NCBI GenBank assembly: GCA_964610325.1
Contig: CAZSVO010000002.1
Coordinates: forward strand, 204,475-268,474
Reading direction: 5' to 3'
Length of the DNA: 64,000 nucleotides
Origin: an uncultured Candidatus Izemoplasmatales bacterium
GTDB lineage: Bacteria > Bacillota_I > Bacilli_A > Izemoplasmatales > Hujiaoplasmataceae
Shown: positions 18,666 to 28,186 of the stretch, in pieces
Numbering within the stretch: the stretch's first letter is position 1
How the letters are laid out: every line of letters starts with the position of its first letter
Translations under genes and position numbers: made by a program
Notes under the pieces: generated by a model
Told to the model about the DNA's origin: nothing
Databases searched by the model: none
What the model saw: the letters and a program-made list of their open reading frames with translations, nothing else

Positions 18666-20440
18666 AAAAATTGATTTTAATCTGCATAATGACTTTTGTA
18701 GTTATCATCGGTTTGTATACGACAAACAATCTTCAAGCAAAGCCCACTATAGTTTATACAGATGAAGATTATGAAAGGCTTAATGCAGTTATTCATCATG
18801 TAGAAAATGTATTGAAGTATGGACATATTTATAATGAAGATACCAAACTATTACCGGATGCGATTAACACTTTAACAGGCGAACCAGCAATGTGGGTTTT
18901 TCCAAATAGAGCAAAAGTTCCATATTCCAATTTAGCTAATCAACAGAATTTTTTTAGAACACTTGTAGCTTTGTCACAAGTTACAGGTTCACAAAAATAT
19001 AAACTAGAAGCTATGGCTTCATTAGGAGAGTTTATGCTCAATTATCAAAATCCCAATGGATTGATGTATTGGGGTGGGCATAGAGTAATCAACCTTGATA
19101 CTTTAGAGGTGCAATCAACTGAGTCTGATAACGGGCCTCACGAGTTAAAGAACATGCTACCATTCTATGAATTGATGTTAGAAGTTAACGAAGAGGCAAC
19201 ACTGAAATTCATCAAACAATTGTGGACAGCACATTTTGAGTGGGATACAGCGGATTTGAATCGACATGGTTCATATTCTACGGCTTTTAACACAAATGTG
19301 TTTGGTCAGAACATCATTCCAGACATAATTCAATTTGATAGCGATGGTTTACCTATCATTCCAGATGATTCACCTGGAAAATTACCTTTTGTAAACTCGG
19401 CAACTGATTTGGCTTATGCAGCATTTACCCTTTCAGATTATACAGGAGATCCTGCGCCAAAGATTTGGGCAGAGTATTTGATGAAGCAATATTATCTAGC
19501 GAGTAATCCCAACACCAAAATGACGGTATATCAATATAAGTCAACTCTAGTAACAAAATCACCTCAGGAATGCGCAATTCCTACTTATACTAATTCGGGT
19601 TGCGGTGACAGGGTTGCTAGACAATTTAGAGATTTTGGTCTAATAGCAAGAGAATCAAATGTTCAGTGGAAAAATACACAAGCTATTTATGTCGATAATA
19701 TCTTGATGTTGCTTGAAGCGGCGAATAAATATAATATAGATTATTTTGTTGATTGGGCTAAAGACTATATCGAAGGTTATCTTGATTATACATATATAAG
19801 AATAAATGGTAAAAACATGATCATACCGATGTTTAATGATGGAACTGTTGTATACGGATATACTACTCCTGAAGCTGGCTACTATGGACCTTCGAATATG
19901 AGAATAGGTTACGTTGAAATGCCAACGACATATCTATTGCCAATTCTAAGAACAATTCTGAGTATTGAAGAAAACTCAGAAAAAGAAAAGCTATGGAATT
20001 ATTTTAGAGAGATTACGGAAACCTTTGGGCTTGGCGATGTTGGGCCTTTGGGAGGAACAGCTCCTAATCTTAATTTAGAAACAGCTATTGATGATCCGTT
20101 TGCTATGATGACAATGATTGAGTTATATAATGATACATTAGTTTTAGATTATCTTGAAGTAGCAAGAACAATCGGGAACAATATTGTAAAAGAAAGATAC
20201 CATAGAGGGTTTTTTGTTGAGTCAGAAATAATGTTATATAGCAGATTAGATCAACCCGAAACACTAGCATTATTGATTCTTGATGGAGTAATTAGAGGGA
20301 TTTCATCGAATGATATGCCATACTATCTAGCTGATTCAGGTTATATTCACGGATATTTGTTAGCTGATGATGGTGTAACAGAAGATCGTTCATACTCTCA
20401 TAGATATATTTATAATAAGACTATTTATGATTGGGAGTGA
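18662..20440 (+). CDS. Secreted protein of unknown function, candidate novel polysaccharide lyase/hydrolase
   Basis: 592 aa. N-terminal signal peptide. Start overlaps the upstream stop (ATGA). No recognised CAZy motifs. Embedded in the pectin locus. Confidence 0.4.
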   Translation: MKKLILICIMTFVVIIGLYTTNNLQAKPTIVYTDEDYERLNAVIHHVENVLKYGHIYNEDTKLLPDAINTLTGEPAMWVFPNRAKVPYSNLANQQNFFRTLVALSQVTGSQKYKLEAMASLGEFMLNYQNPNGLMYWGGHRVINLDTLEVQSTESDNGPHELKNMLPFYELMLEVNEEATLKFIKQLWTAHFEWDTADLNRHGSYSTAFNTNVFGQNIIPDIIQFDSDGLPIIPDDSPGKLPFVNSATDLAYAAFTLSDYTGDPAPKIWAEYLMKQYYLASNPNTKMTVYQYKSTLVTKSPQECAIPTYTNSGCGDRVARQFRDFGLIARESNVQWKNTQAIYVDNILMLLEAANKYNIDYFVDWAKDYIEGYLDYTYIRINGKNMIIPMFNDGTVVYGYTTPEAGYYGPSNMRIGYVEMPTTYLLPILRTILSIEENSEKEKLWNYFREITETFGLGDVGPLGGTAPNLNLETAIDDPFAMMTMIELYNDTLVLDYLEVARTIGNNIVKERYHRGFFVESEIMLYSRLDQPETLALLILDGVIRGISSNDMPYYLADSGYIHGYLLADDGVTEDRSYSHRYIYNKTIYDWE

Positions 20441-20445
20441 TTAAT

Positions 20446-20940
20446 ATGAATAGACATTTTATCTTTTTATTAGTATTATTTTTGGTCGGTTTTTCTCTAA
20501 CTTCATGTGATAAAGGCGATATAACAACAACTACAACAATTAATCAGAGTACAACGACGATAAATACAGGCCCTAGCGAATCAGAAATCTACCAATTGTT
20601 AATTGAAACGGAAAAACTTTCAGGAATGAGTAATTTTAATGGAGTATTAATAAGTGAGTCATTGGATCTTGGACTTCCAACCGAGTATAAAGGTGTAATA
20701 ATTACATATAGTTCAAGAAATCAAGATATCATCAATAACCAAGGAATAGTAACACTTCCTAATAGTTGTTGGATTGAAAGCAGAAAACAAGATGGTATTA
20801 CTGCTGTCCCAAATTTGAATGATAATTGGCCAGTTGTGGTTGATGTTACTATGGAGTTTATGGGACAGATAAGAACAGCGAAATTAATGTTCCTTGTTGC
20901 TCCTGAAATAGGATTTAGTTGTAATAAATATTTAGGATAG
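20446..20940 (+). CDS. Small lipoprotein of unknown function
   Basis: Start revised to MNRHFIFL (RBS GGGAG). Lipobox LTSC. T-rich linker TTTTTINQSTTTINT. Confidence 0.5.
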   Translation: MNRHFIFLLVLFLVGFSLTSCDKGDITTTTTINQSTTTINTGPSESEIYQLLIETEKLSGMSNFNGVLISESLDLGLPTEYKGVIITYSSRNQDIINNQGIVTLPNSCWIESRKQDGITAVPNLNDNWPVVVDVTMEFMGQIRTAKLMFLVAPEIGFSCNKYLG

Positions 20941-20961
20941 ATTTAATAATAGGAGGTCGTT

Positions 20962-23900
20962 ATGAGAAAGGGATTAGTATTATTTTTATTAATATTTTTT
21001 AGTTTGGCAGTCACTGCTTGTAATGGTAGTACAACTTTAGAAACAACCACTACAACAACTAGCCAAAGCACAAGTCAAACAATAACTTCAACTACAAATA
21101 CAACATCAGGAAAAACTGATCAAGAACTTGTTGATGAGGTTTATGATTCTTTAGGTTTAGGAGATATCAGCGAATTGACTAATAGTTCTCCAAGGTTGAT
21201 AATGCCCACTTCAAGAGAAGGAGTAGGTATTTCTTGGAGTATATCTAATACGGAGTTTATTAGTCAAATGGGGGTGATTAGCCAACCTGAAAATGAAGCG
21301 GGGGACCAAGTTGTCATAATAACTGCAACTTTAACAAAAGGTATTGTATCAAGACAGAAAGTATTTACCGCAACGGTAATTGCTTTACCACCTTTAGAAG
21401 AAACACCACCTTTAATCAATGAAACATTTAGCGCATATCTTGATGGTGATATCATCCAACAGATTAGTTCTGGTCTTTGGGGACCTGTTAGTGGTAAAAC
21501 TGGCAGTTCACAGTTTTATGTGGTTTCAGAGGTTGAAGGAGAAGCAATTCCAAAAGATTCTAAAGCTTTAAAGATTAATGCTTTTACAGAGTTACAGATT
21601 GAAGCAGCTTTAGTTCATAACTATGATTTTTTAGTTGTTGAGGTGGATGTTTATCAAGTAGCTAATGGTTCACCAATCTATTTGCAAACAAGTGCAAGTT
21701 CGCCAATAATAGGTTTTGGATTATCTGGTGGTGGGGCTAATGGGGCAAAGATTTTTTACCGAACCGATAATGGGACAATGATTGGTACTGATGTCGCTTT
21801 AGATACTTGGTATACAATCAGATTAGAGGTTAATTTTATTGAGAAAACAATTGAGTTATTTTATTATGATGAGTCAGGCAATTTAGTTCCTTGTACTGAT
21901 GGACCTGTTAGTTTTACAGGTAGTACGTCATTTAATAGTCTTTTCATACGTAGTGGTAGTTCAACAACTACTGAGTTAAATGTTAATTCTGCATATATAA
22001 CAAATATTATCGCAAACAGGCCTGAGGCTTTACCAAGACCGGTGGATGGTTATAAGATTGGTGATATTTTAGGAATTGATGAACTTGTATCAGTTGAAAA
22101 CGGGGAAACATTTATACCCCAAAGTCCAATGATTTATAATTTCTATGGAGCTAGAGAACTATTAGTAGAAGATACTGATTATATCTTAGAAGTTACTAAT
22201 CCAGTAGATACATTAGTTGATGGTGAGTATTCAGTTGTTTATACAATTACAAATATTCATGATATAACTGATATTGTTAGTGTAACGCAAACAGTTACTG
22301 TCTATTCTCCGCTTCAACCTAATGTGATAAATTCTGTTACATCAACTTTAGCACCAGCAATGGAAAATACTACAGATTTAACTGTTAGTTTTTTAAGAGC
22401 AGAAGGCGTTTTACATTATGTTATCAGTGAGACAGTTTTAACAGCTGAACAAATTGTTGCTTCAACTAATAAAACTTCAGTTACTATTACAGATACAACG
22501 ATAGTTTTAGATGATCTAGTGGTTTTAGAATCAGAAAAGGTTTATCTTGTAGTAGAACTAAATGGATTTAGTAACGTGATTGAACATGAGGTAACTCATC
22601 AAGAAATAGTATCGATAACTACTGCTCAAGAATTTTATGATGCCTTACAGATGTCTGATAGTCAACAGACAGGAAAATATTTCTTGTTAGAAAATAATAT
22701 TGATTTTTCTGGATTTGTTTGGGCAGTCACTGATAATGAGTTTGTAGCTGTGTTTGATGGACAAGGGTTTACTCTAAGTAATCTAACAATTGATAAAATT
22801 GGGATTAAAGGAGGAATCTTTGGTTTCTTAGAAAATGCAACAATAAAAAACTTAGTCTTAGACAATATAACTACTTCGAGTGATCAAAGTGCTTCAGGGT
22901 TATTAGCAAGTGAAATTAGAGGTACAACTCTGATTGAAAATATCGTGATTATGAACTCAACAAATGTTGTGAGCAATCAATACGGGGCAATTATTGCTGG
23001 TAGAATCAGAAGTACTGGTACTTCAGTTATAATCCGGAATATCTCTGTTTCTAATGTCTTAACTGAAACTAAAGATAATTATGGTGGAGGTTTAATTGCT
23101 GGTATGGATACAGGTACTTCAGTGGAGTTTAGTGATATCTATCTTTATGATTTCACAGTCAAAGAAGCAACCAGTGCAACAGCTACTGGACAAATGGTTG
23201 GAGGTATTATTGGCAGGATTCAAGGAAACACAGTCATTAACCGCGTTGTTGGACATAATTTGTTAGTGATTGGTTATAAGAATGTCGGTGGTATCATTGG
23301 TAAATCTGACGAAGCTGGTGTAGTAGTTAGCCTAGATGATATCTTTATCCAAGGTCAAATTGAGTTTGTTGGCAGTGACCATGCAAATATAATTGTTGGT
23401 AATATCGCTGATCAAATACCGGTTTTAACAAATGTCTTTGCTAGTGGCTTTGATACAGTAAGTATTTTAGGTTTGGGTGTTGTAGAAGGTAATTTAGTTG
23501 CTTTAAACGATACTACTTTAGAATCATGGTGGACTACGAACATTCCTAATATATTAGCTAGTGATTTATGGCGATTTGAAATTGATTCACCGATACTAGA
23601 TAATATCTTTACTAATTCATTACCTAAGTTTGCGGTTAGTTTAGTCTACAATATCGATATTGATGATGAAACAATTTATCTTAGACAAGATGAAATCTTT
23701 GCTTATATACCTAGTGAAGTGCCAGGGTATGAATTTATAGAATGGTATAGTGATGAACTAATGACTACGCCTTTAGGAGATAGTTTTGTAATATCTCAAG
23801 CAGTAACTATCTATGGTAAGTATGATACAGCGCCAGCAAGTACTGTATCATTTGATACAGGGCTTGAGGGGCCTCTAATTGATCCAATCTTAGTCAATTA

Positions 23901-26847
23901 TGATGAACTAGCTACTGAACCAACTGTAGCTGACACGATGATTGAAGGTGTTATGAAAACAGTTGTTGGTTGGACACTTAATGGAGATGCTTTTGATTTT
24001 TCAACTCCAATTACGTCTGACTTAACTTTAGTTGCAGTTTGGGAGACTGTTAAGTTAACTGTTAATTTTGAAGGATTGGATTCCTTAATCGTTGATTATG
24101 GAGATAATGTTTTAGAACCAATTACTATTCCCGAACATCCAGTTTTTGCTAGTATAGTATTTGATTATTGGTCATTAAATGGTCTGGAGTTTGATTTTTC
24201 AGCAATTATAACTGAAAACATTGATTTGAAAATAAGTTGGAATATCCCTGATGTAGTTCAAATAAGCACTATAGATCAGTTTCATTATGTTGCGACTTCG
24301 GGTACTGATTATAGTTTTATTTTGCTTAATAATCTAGATTTTGAAGGATATTCATGGATCGATACGGGTGCATCATTTAAAGGTACTTTCGATGGAGATG
24401 GATTTACAATCAGCAATTTGATAATCAACTCCACTAACGGTTATGGTGGTATCTTTGCAAGAGCTAATGGAGCAATAATTAATAATCTTATCCTTGATAA
24501 TATAGAAGTCTCTACTTCAGCTCGGGCAGGTATTCTAATCGGTAGAGTAGAGAATGCACCTGTTCACGTAGAAAACATCATAATAATCAACTCTAGTGTT
24601 AGTGGTCAAGACTCCAACGGAACAGGTGGATTAATAGGACAAGCAGCAAATACAACAGTAGTGAGGAATGCTTCTATAATTAATACTATAGTCTTCTCAA
24701 CTAATAAGAATGTTGGAGGATTGATTGGAAGAGTAGACAAAGCAACCGTTTCAGCAGAAGATATCTTTATTTATGGATTATTAGCTACCTCTACAGTTAC
24801 TACTTCTACATCAGATATTGCAGTTGGCGGTGTTATAGGATATGTCACTGATAATGCAGCTAGTATCTTCAATGGAACGAGAATTATTGTTTTAAATTCT
24901 ATCTTGGATGGAATATCAGCAGGTGCTTTTTCAGGCTACTTAAGATATCCAGGTACTGCAACATTGTCTGATTCATACTTTGATATTACTTTCCTTAATG
25001 GTTTAAGAACGGGGCTAGTTGGTTATAATCGAGATCAAGTAGATATTTTGGATCAAACAACTATTTTTGGTAATTTGATTGATATTGTATCGCATTCGCA
25101 AGTTCTTGATTTGACAAATACAGCTATTCCCGATTCACAGACTTGGTGGAATAACTATATCCCTAATATACTAAATAGTGATTTGTGGACTTACCACTTC
25201 TTTATGCCTATACTTAAAAATGCAATTTTAGAAATTCCAGAGATTCATACAGTAATAATTAATTATGATCAAGTAACTACTGATGAAACCATATTTTTAT
25301 GGAACAACAGTATATTTAATCACACCGCTCCTTTAGTTAATGGTTATATATTCGTTGGATTTTATAGCGATGTTGATAGATTAGTTTCATTACCGGAGAA
25401 CTATGAAGTCACTGATGACATTACTATTTATGGAAAATATGATGTAATGCCACCAAGTACTGTTTCATTTGATATGGGTAGTTCAGGGTTGCTTGTTTTA
25501 GATCAATCAGTTAACTATGAGCAATTGGTTGTTGAACCAGTTGTACCTGACACTGAATTTGGTGGACATATGATGACAGTTGTCGGTTGGACTTTGAATG
25601 GTATTGAGTTTGATTTTTTGACTCCAATAGTTCAAGATATTGAACTAGTTGCCATATGGGAGATTAAAACCTACCAAGTTAGTTTCGAAGGTATGGATTC
25701 TGTAACTATAGATCATGGAGGATTGGTTTCAAAACCAGAAGTAGATCCAACACATCCGATTTTTAGTAGTATTACTTTTAATTATTGGGTTTTAGAAGGA
25801 GTAGAGTTTGATTTCTCTACACCAATAACTTCTGATCTAAGTTTAAGTATTGAATGGTCAGTGCCATTAAGTATATCTGTAAGCACATTGAATGAGTTTC
25901 ATTTTGTTGCAACGGCAGGAACAGATTACAATTATGTTTTAGAAAATAATCTAGATTATACAGGATATAATTGGATAGACACAGGAGCGTCTTTCCGAGG
26001 TAGTTTTAATGGGAATGGTTTTACAATTAGCAACCTAACTATAAATTCAGTAAATGGATATGGAGGGATATTTGCAAGGGTTAACGGAGCTAGCATCAGC
26101 AATGTTGTTTTTGATAGTATTACGGTTATTTCAAGTGCTAGAATTGGTTTGTTGATTGGTAGAACAGAAAATACTCCGGTTACAGTAGATGACTTAGTTG
26201 TCAAGAATTCTTCTGTTAGTGGAGCTGATTCTAATGGCACTGGAGGTTTGATTGGTCAAGTAGCTGTTTTAACATCCATTAGCAATGTTGCTATTATAGA
26301 TACAGTTATTTCTACATCGAACAAAAATATTGGTGTGCTAATTGGAAGAGTTGACAAAGCAACAGCTAATGCTGAGGATATCTTTATCAGTCAAGTCAAT
26401 GCTTCTTCAACAAGTACAGCTAGTTCTGATGTAGGATTAGGTGGGGTGGTCGGTTATGTTACAGACAATATAGCTAGTATTTTTAATGGAACAAGGATTG
26501 TCGTTGTGAACACAAATTTGACTGGAAATGCGGCTGGAGCTTTCATCGGTTATCTAAGAGGGCCGGGATTAGCAACACTGACAGATTCATATTTAGAAGT
26601 TACTTTTGTTAATGGTTCAAGAACAGGTTTGATTGGCTATAATCGAGATCAAAATCCATCTTTAGATCAAAGTTCAGTTTTTGGTAATTTATCAAGTCCA
26701 ACTACTCATAGTCAAGTGCTTGATTTAGTAAATCAAGTTAATATCGCAGATGATACATGGTGGCAAGTAAATATCAACACTATATATATTAGCAATATTT
26801 GGACTGTCAATACGGATGGGACTGTTGCACTAAATATAATTTTATAA
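20962..26847 (+). CDS. Giant surface-anchored lipoprotein (1961 aa) with three GLUG-like beta-helix modules and Flg_new (Listeria-Bacteroides) repeats
   Basis: RBS AGGAGG. Lipobox VTAC-N. Thr/Ser-rich linker. Three paralogous modules begin with (F/Y)HxVAT.GTDY...LDFxGY.WIDTGASF(K/R)G.F(D/N)G.GFTISNL. Each is followed by 2-3 repeats of the type TVVGWTLNG..FDFSTPITSDL.LVAVWE. Confidence 0.8.
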   Translation: MRKGLVLFLLIFFSLAVTACNGSTTLETTTTTTSQSTSQTITSTTNTTSGKTDQELVDEVYDSLGLGDISELTNSSPRLIMPTSREGVGISWSISNTEFISQMGVISQPENEAGDQVVIITATLTKGIVSRQKVFTATVIALPPLEETPPLINETFSAYLDGDIIQQISSGLWGPVSGKTGSSQFYVVSEVEGEAIPKDSKALKINAFTELQIEAALVHNYDFLVVEVDVYQVANGSPIYLQTSASSPIIGFGLSGGGANGAKIFYRTDNGTMIGTDVALDTWYTIRLEVNFIEKTIELFYYDESGNLVPCTDGPVSFTGSTSFNSLFIRSGSSTTTELNVNSAYITNIIANRPEALPRPVDGYKIGDILGIDELVSVENGETFIPQSPMIYNFYGARELLVEDTDYILEVTNPVDTLVDGEYSVVYTITNIHDITDIVSVTQTVTVYSPLQPNVINSVTSTLAPAMENTTDLTVSFLRAEGVLHYVISETVLTAEQIVASTNKTSVTITDTTIVLDDLVVLESEKVYLVVELNGFSNVIEHEVTHQEIVSITTAQEFYDALQMSDSQQTGKYFLLENNIDFSGFVWAVTDNEFVAVFDGQGFTLSNLTIDKIGIKGGIFGFLENATIKNLVLDNITTSSDQSASGLLASEIRGTTLIENIVIMNSTNVVSNQYGAIIAGRIRSTGTSVIIRNISVSNVLTETKDNYGGGLIAGMDTGTSVEFSDIYLYDFTVKEATSATATGQMVGGIIGRIQGNTVINRVVGHNLLVIGYKNVGGIIGKSDEAGVVVSLDDIFIQGQIEFVGSDHANIIVGNIADQIPVLTNVFASGFDTVSILGLGVVEGNLVALNDTTLESWWTTNIPNILASDLWRFEIDSPILDNIFTNSLPKFAVSLVYNIDIDDETIYLRQDEIFAYIPSEVPGYEFIEWYSDELMTTPLGDSFVISQAVTIYGKYDTAPASTVSFDTGLEGPLIDPILVNYDELATEPTVADTMIEGVMKTVVGWTLNGDAFDFSTPITSDLTLVAVWETVKLTVNFEGLDSLIVDYGDNVLEPITIPEHPVFASIVFDYWSLNGLEFDFSAIITENIDLKISWNIPDVVQISTIDQFHYVATSGTDYSFILLNNLDFEGYSWIDTGASFKGTFDGDGFTISNLIINSTNGYGGIFARANGAIINNLILDNIEVSTSARAGILIGRVENAPVHVENIIIINSSVSGQDSNGTGGLIGQAANTTVVRNASIINTIVFSTNKNVGGLIGRVDKATVSAEDIFIYGLLATSTVTTSTSDIAVGGVIGYVTDNAASIFNGTRIIVLNSILDGISAGAFSGYLRYPGTATLSDSYFDITFLNGLRTGLVGYNRDQVDILDQTTIFGNLIDIVSHSQVLDLTNTAIPDSQTWWNNYIPNILNSDLWTYHFFMPILKNAILEIPEIHTVIINYDQVTTDETIFLWNNSIFNHTAPLVNGYIFVGFYSDVDRLVSLPENYEVTDDITIYGKYDVMPPSTVSFDMGSSGLLVLDQSVNYEQLVVEPVVPDTEFGGHMMTVVGWTLNGIEFDFLTPIVQDIELVAIWEIKTYQVSFEGMDSVTIDHGGLVSKPEVDPTHPIFSSITFNYWVLEGVEFDFSTPITSDLSLSIEWSVPLSISVSTLNEFHFVATAGTDYNYVLENNLDYTGYNWIDTGASFRGSFNGNGFTISNLTINSVNGYGGIFARVNGASISNVVFDSITVISSARIGLLIGRTENTPVTVDDLVVKNSSVSGADSNGTGGLIGQVAVLTSISNVAIIDTVISTSNKNIGVLIGRVDKATANAEDIFISQVNASSTSTASSDVGLGGVVGYVTDNIASIFNGTRIVVVNTNLTGNAAGAFIGYLRGPGLATLTDSYLEVTFVNGSRTGLIGYNRDQNPSLDQSSVFGNLSSPTTHSQVLDLVNQVNIADDTWWQVNINTIYISNIWTVNTDGTVALNIIL
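22620..26847 (+). repeat. Three diverged tandem coding repeats of about 1.6 kb (module starts at about 22620, 24260 and 25880; the last is truncated)
   Basis: Protein-level paralogy of about 60-70% between modules 2 and 3. Intragenic, not CRISPR-like. Confidence 0.7.
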
Positions 26848-26876
26848 TATTAAAAATATAATAACTCATGAAAATG

Positions 26877-26918
26877 TAAAAACACGATTTACTCAATATT
26901 GAGAAATCGTGTTTTTAA
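26877..26918. terminator. Bidirectional rho-independent terminator (giant protein versus the GNAT gene)
   Basis: aaacacgattt-(13 nt)-aaatcgtgttt with T-runs on both strands. Confidence 0.7.
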
Positions 26919-26936
26919 ATAGTTGCCCTATATTAG

Positions 26937-27911
26937 TTAGAAGCTATAATCTTCATGAAGTGATCGTGAGTCCCATGAAATATATATATCCTTTTTAAAT
27001 ACATATACTGGTAAACTAGCAACGTTTTTGAATCCTAATGCGTAATAGAATGGTTGATCTCCACCGGTTATGCCATATATATTTGGATATTTTCTTCTAA
27101 CTCGATTTGACAATTCATGAATTAATGCAGTAGCTAAACCTTGCCTTCTACACCACCATACAACAGCCATGGGTTCTAATTCTGCATAAGGCATTTTCTC
27201 GTTAGCCCATCCAATTGCAAAGCCTACAGGTCTTTCTTCAGAATCGAGAATTACTACCTCAAGTTCTGAATCATAATGTTTCATGGTTCTTAAATTCTCA
27301 AATGCAGTTGAACCTAACTCTGTTGTTGGATAACCATAATTGAATGATTGTCTATGTGCATTTGATAGATAAAAAGGCTTAACATAATCTTTGGCAAAGT
27401 GAAACTCTGGTTTTAATGACACTTCATAGGGTAGGTTATCAAAATGAAGGATGTTGACGTTCTCTTTTGATTCGTTCAATGTGAAGCCATATTTGGTTAA
27501 CACATCTTTTAGCTCAATATGCCAATCAGGGACAGTCAAGTAAAGTGTGTTAGTAGTTCGGTTATCTTCCACTTTTGCAAGGTGGGTAATCGAAAATCTG
27601 ACCATTCTTTCCAAAAGTGCTTTATCTTTTGAACGTTCTTTAGAATCGAAAAAGAAAAATGCATCACCATCATATGAACCTTCAGACAAAACACTAGCTA
27701 CTAATTTTTCGCTTTCAAAATACAGACCCATAGATTCCGTCCAAACCTTATGGCAATTCTTAAAGTCTGGATGTAGACCTTTGCTAAACTCATGGCGAGA
27801 TAACCCCCAAATGGGAAAATCATATTTGTAACTATTAAGAATTAATTCTTCAATATCATAAAAGTATTTTTCTTCATAGTACTTAAATTTTATCATATAA
27901 TTACTCCTCAT
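26937..27911 (-). CDS. GNAT-family N-acetyltransferase with an N-terminal domain of unknown function
   Basis: C-terminal acetyl-CoA-binding motif RRQGLATALIHEL...YALGF. Confidence 0.55.
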   Translation of the reverse strand: MRSNYMIKFKYYEEKYFYDIEELILNSYKYDFPIWGLSRHEFSKGLHPDFKNCHKVWTESMGLYFESEKLVASVLSEGSYDGDAFFFFDSKERSKDKALLERMVRFSITHLAKVEDNRTTNTLYLTVPDWHIELKDVLTKYGFTLNESKENVNILHFDNLPYEVSLKPEFHFAKDYVKPFYLSNAHRQSFNYGYPTTELGSTAFENLRTMKHYDSELEVVILDSEERPVGFAIGWANEKMPYAELEPMAVVWWCRRQGLATALIHELSNRVRRKYPNIYGITGGDQPFYYALGFKNVASLPVYVFKKDIYISWDSRSLHEDYSF

Positions 27912-27943
27912 ATATTTTTATGATTGTATTTTAACGCAATGCT

Positions 27944-27967
27944 TAATCATATTTTCAAATATGATTT
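27944..27967. promoter_or_regulatory. Second copy of the TAATCATATT / AATATGATT inverted half-sites, here with a 4-nt spacer
   Basis: TAATCATATTttcaAATATGATTT. Same 10-mers as the 13174-13193 palindrome. Lies between the divergent GNAT and GH4 genes. Confidence 0.5.
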
Positions 27968-28186
27968 TATCACATTTTTTAATAAATTTGCTTATGAAAA
28001 TGATTTTCTTCAAAAATCTATGATCTTATATCTATTCAAGATTTTACTAAGTGGTGTATCAATTCTTTATAGTTTTAGTGAGATTTAAGTTGATTAATCA
28101 AGATGATGAAACAATCAGCTTTTAAATAATTAAATAGTAATCAGTGTATCATTGATTAATGATATAATAAATTAAGGAGGTAATAT

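Noticed and set aside
21264-26240. Short minus-strand ORFs inside the giant surface protein gene (21264-21455, 22662-22865, 25956-26240)
   Set aside because: Antisense to a continuous 1961-aa ORF with clear domain structure. Compositional artefacts.
22620-26847. Possible CRISPR-like or other non-coding tandem repeat
   Set aside because: The repeats are long (about 1.6 kb), diverged and in-frame protein modules. There are no short direct repeats with unique spacers, and no cas genes in the window.
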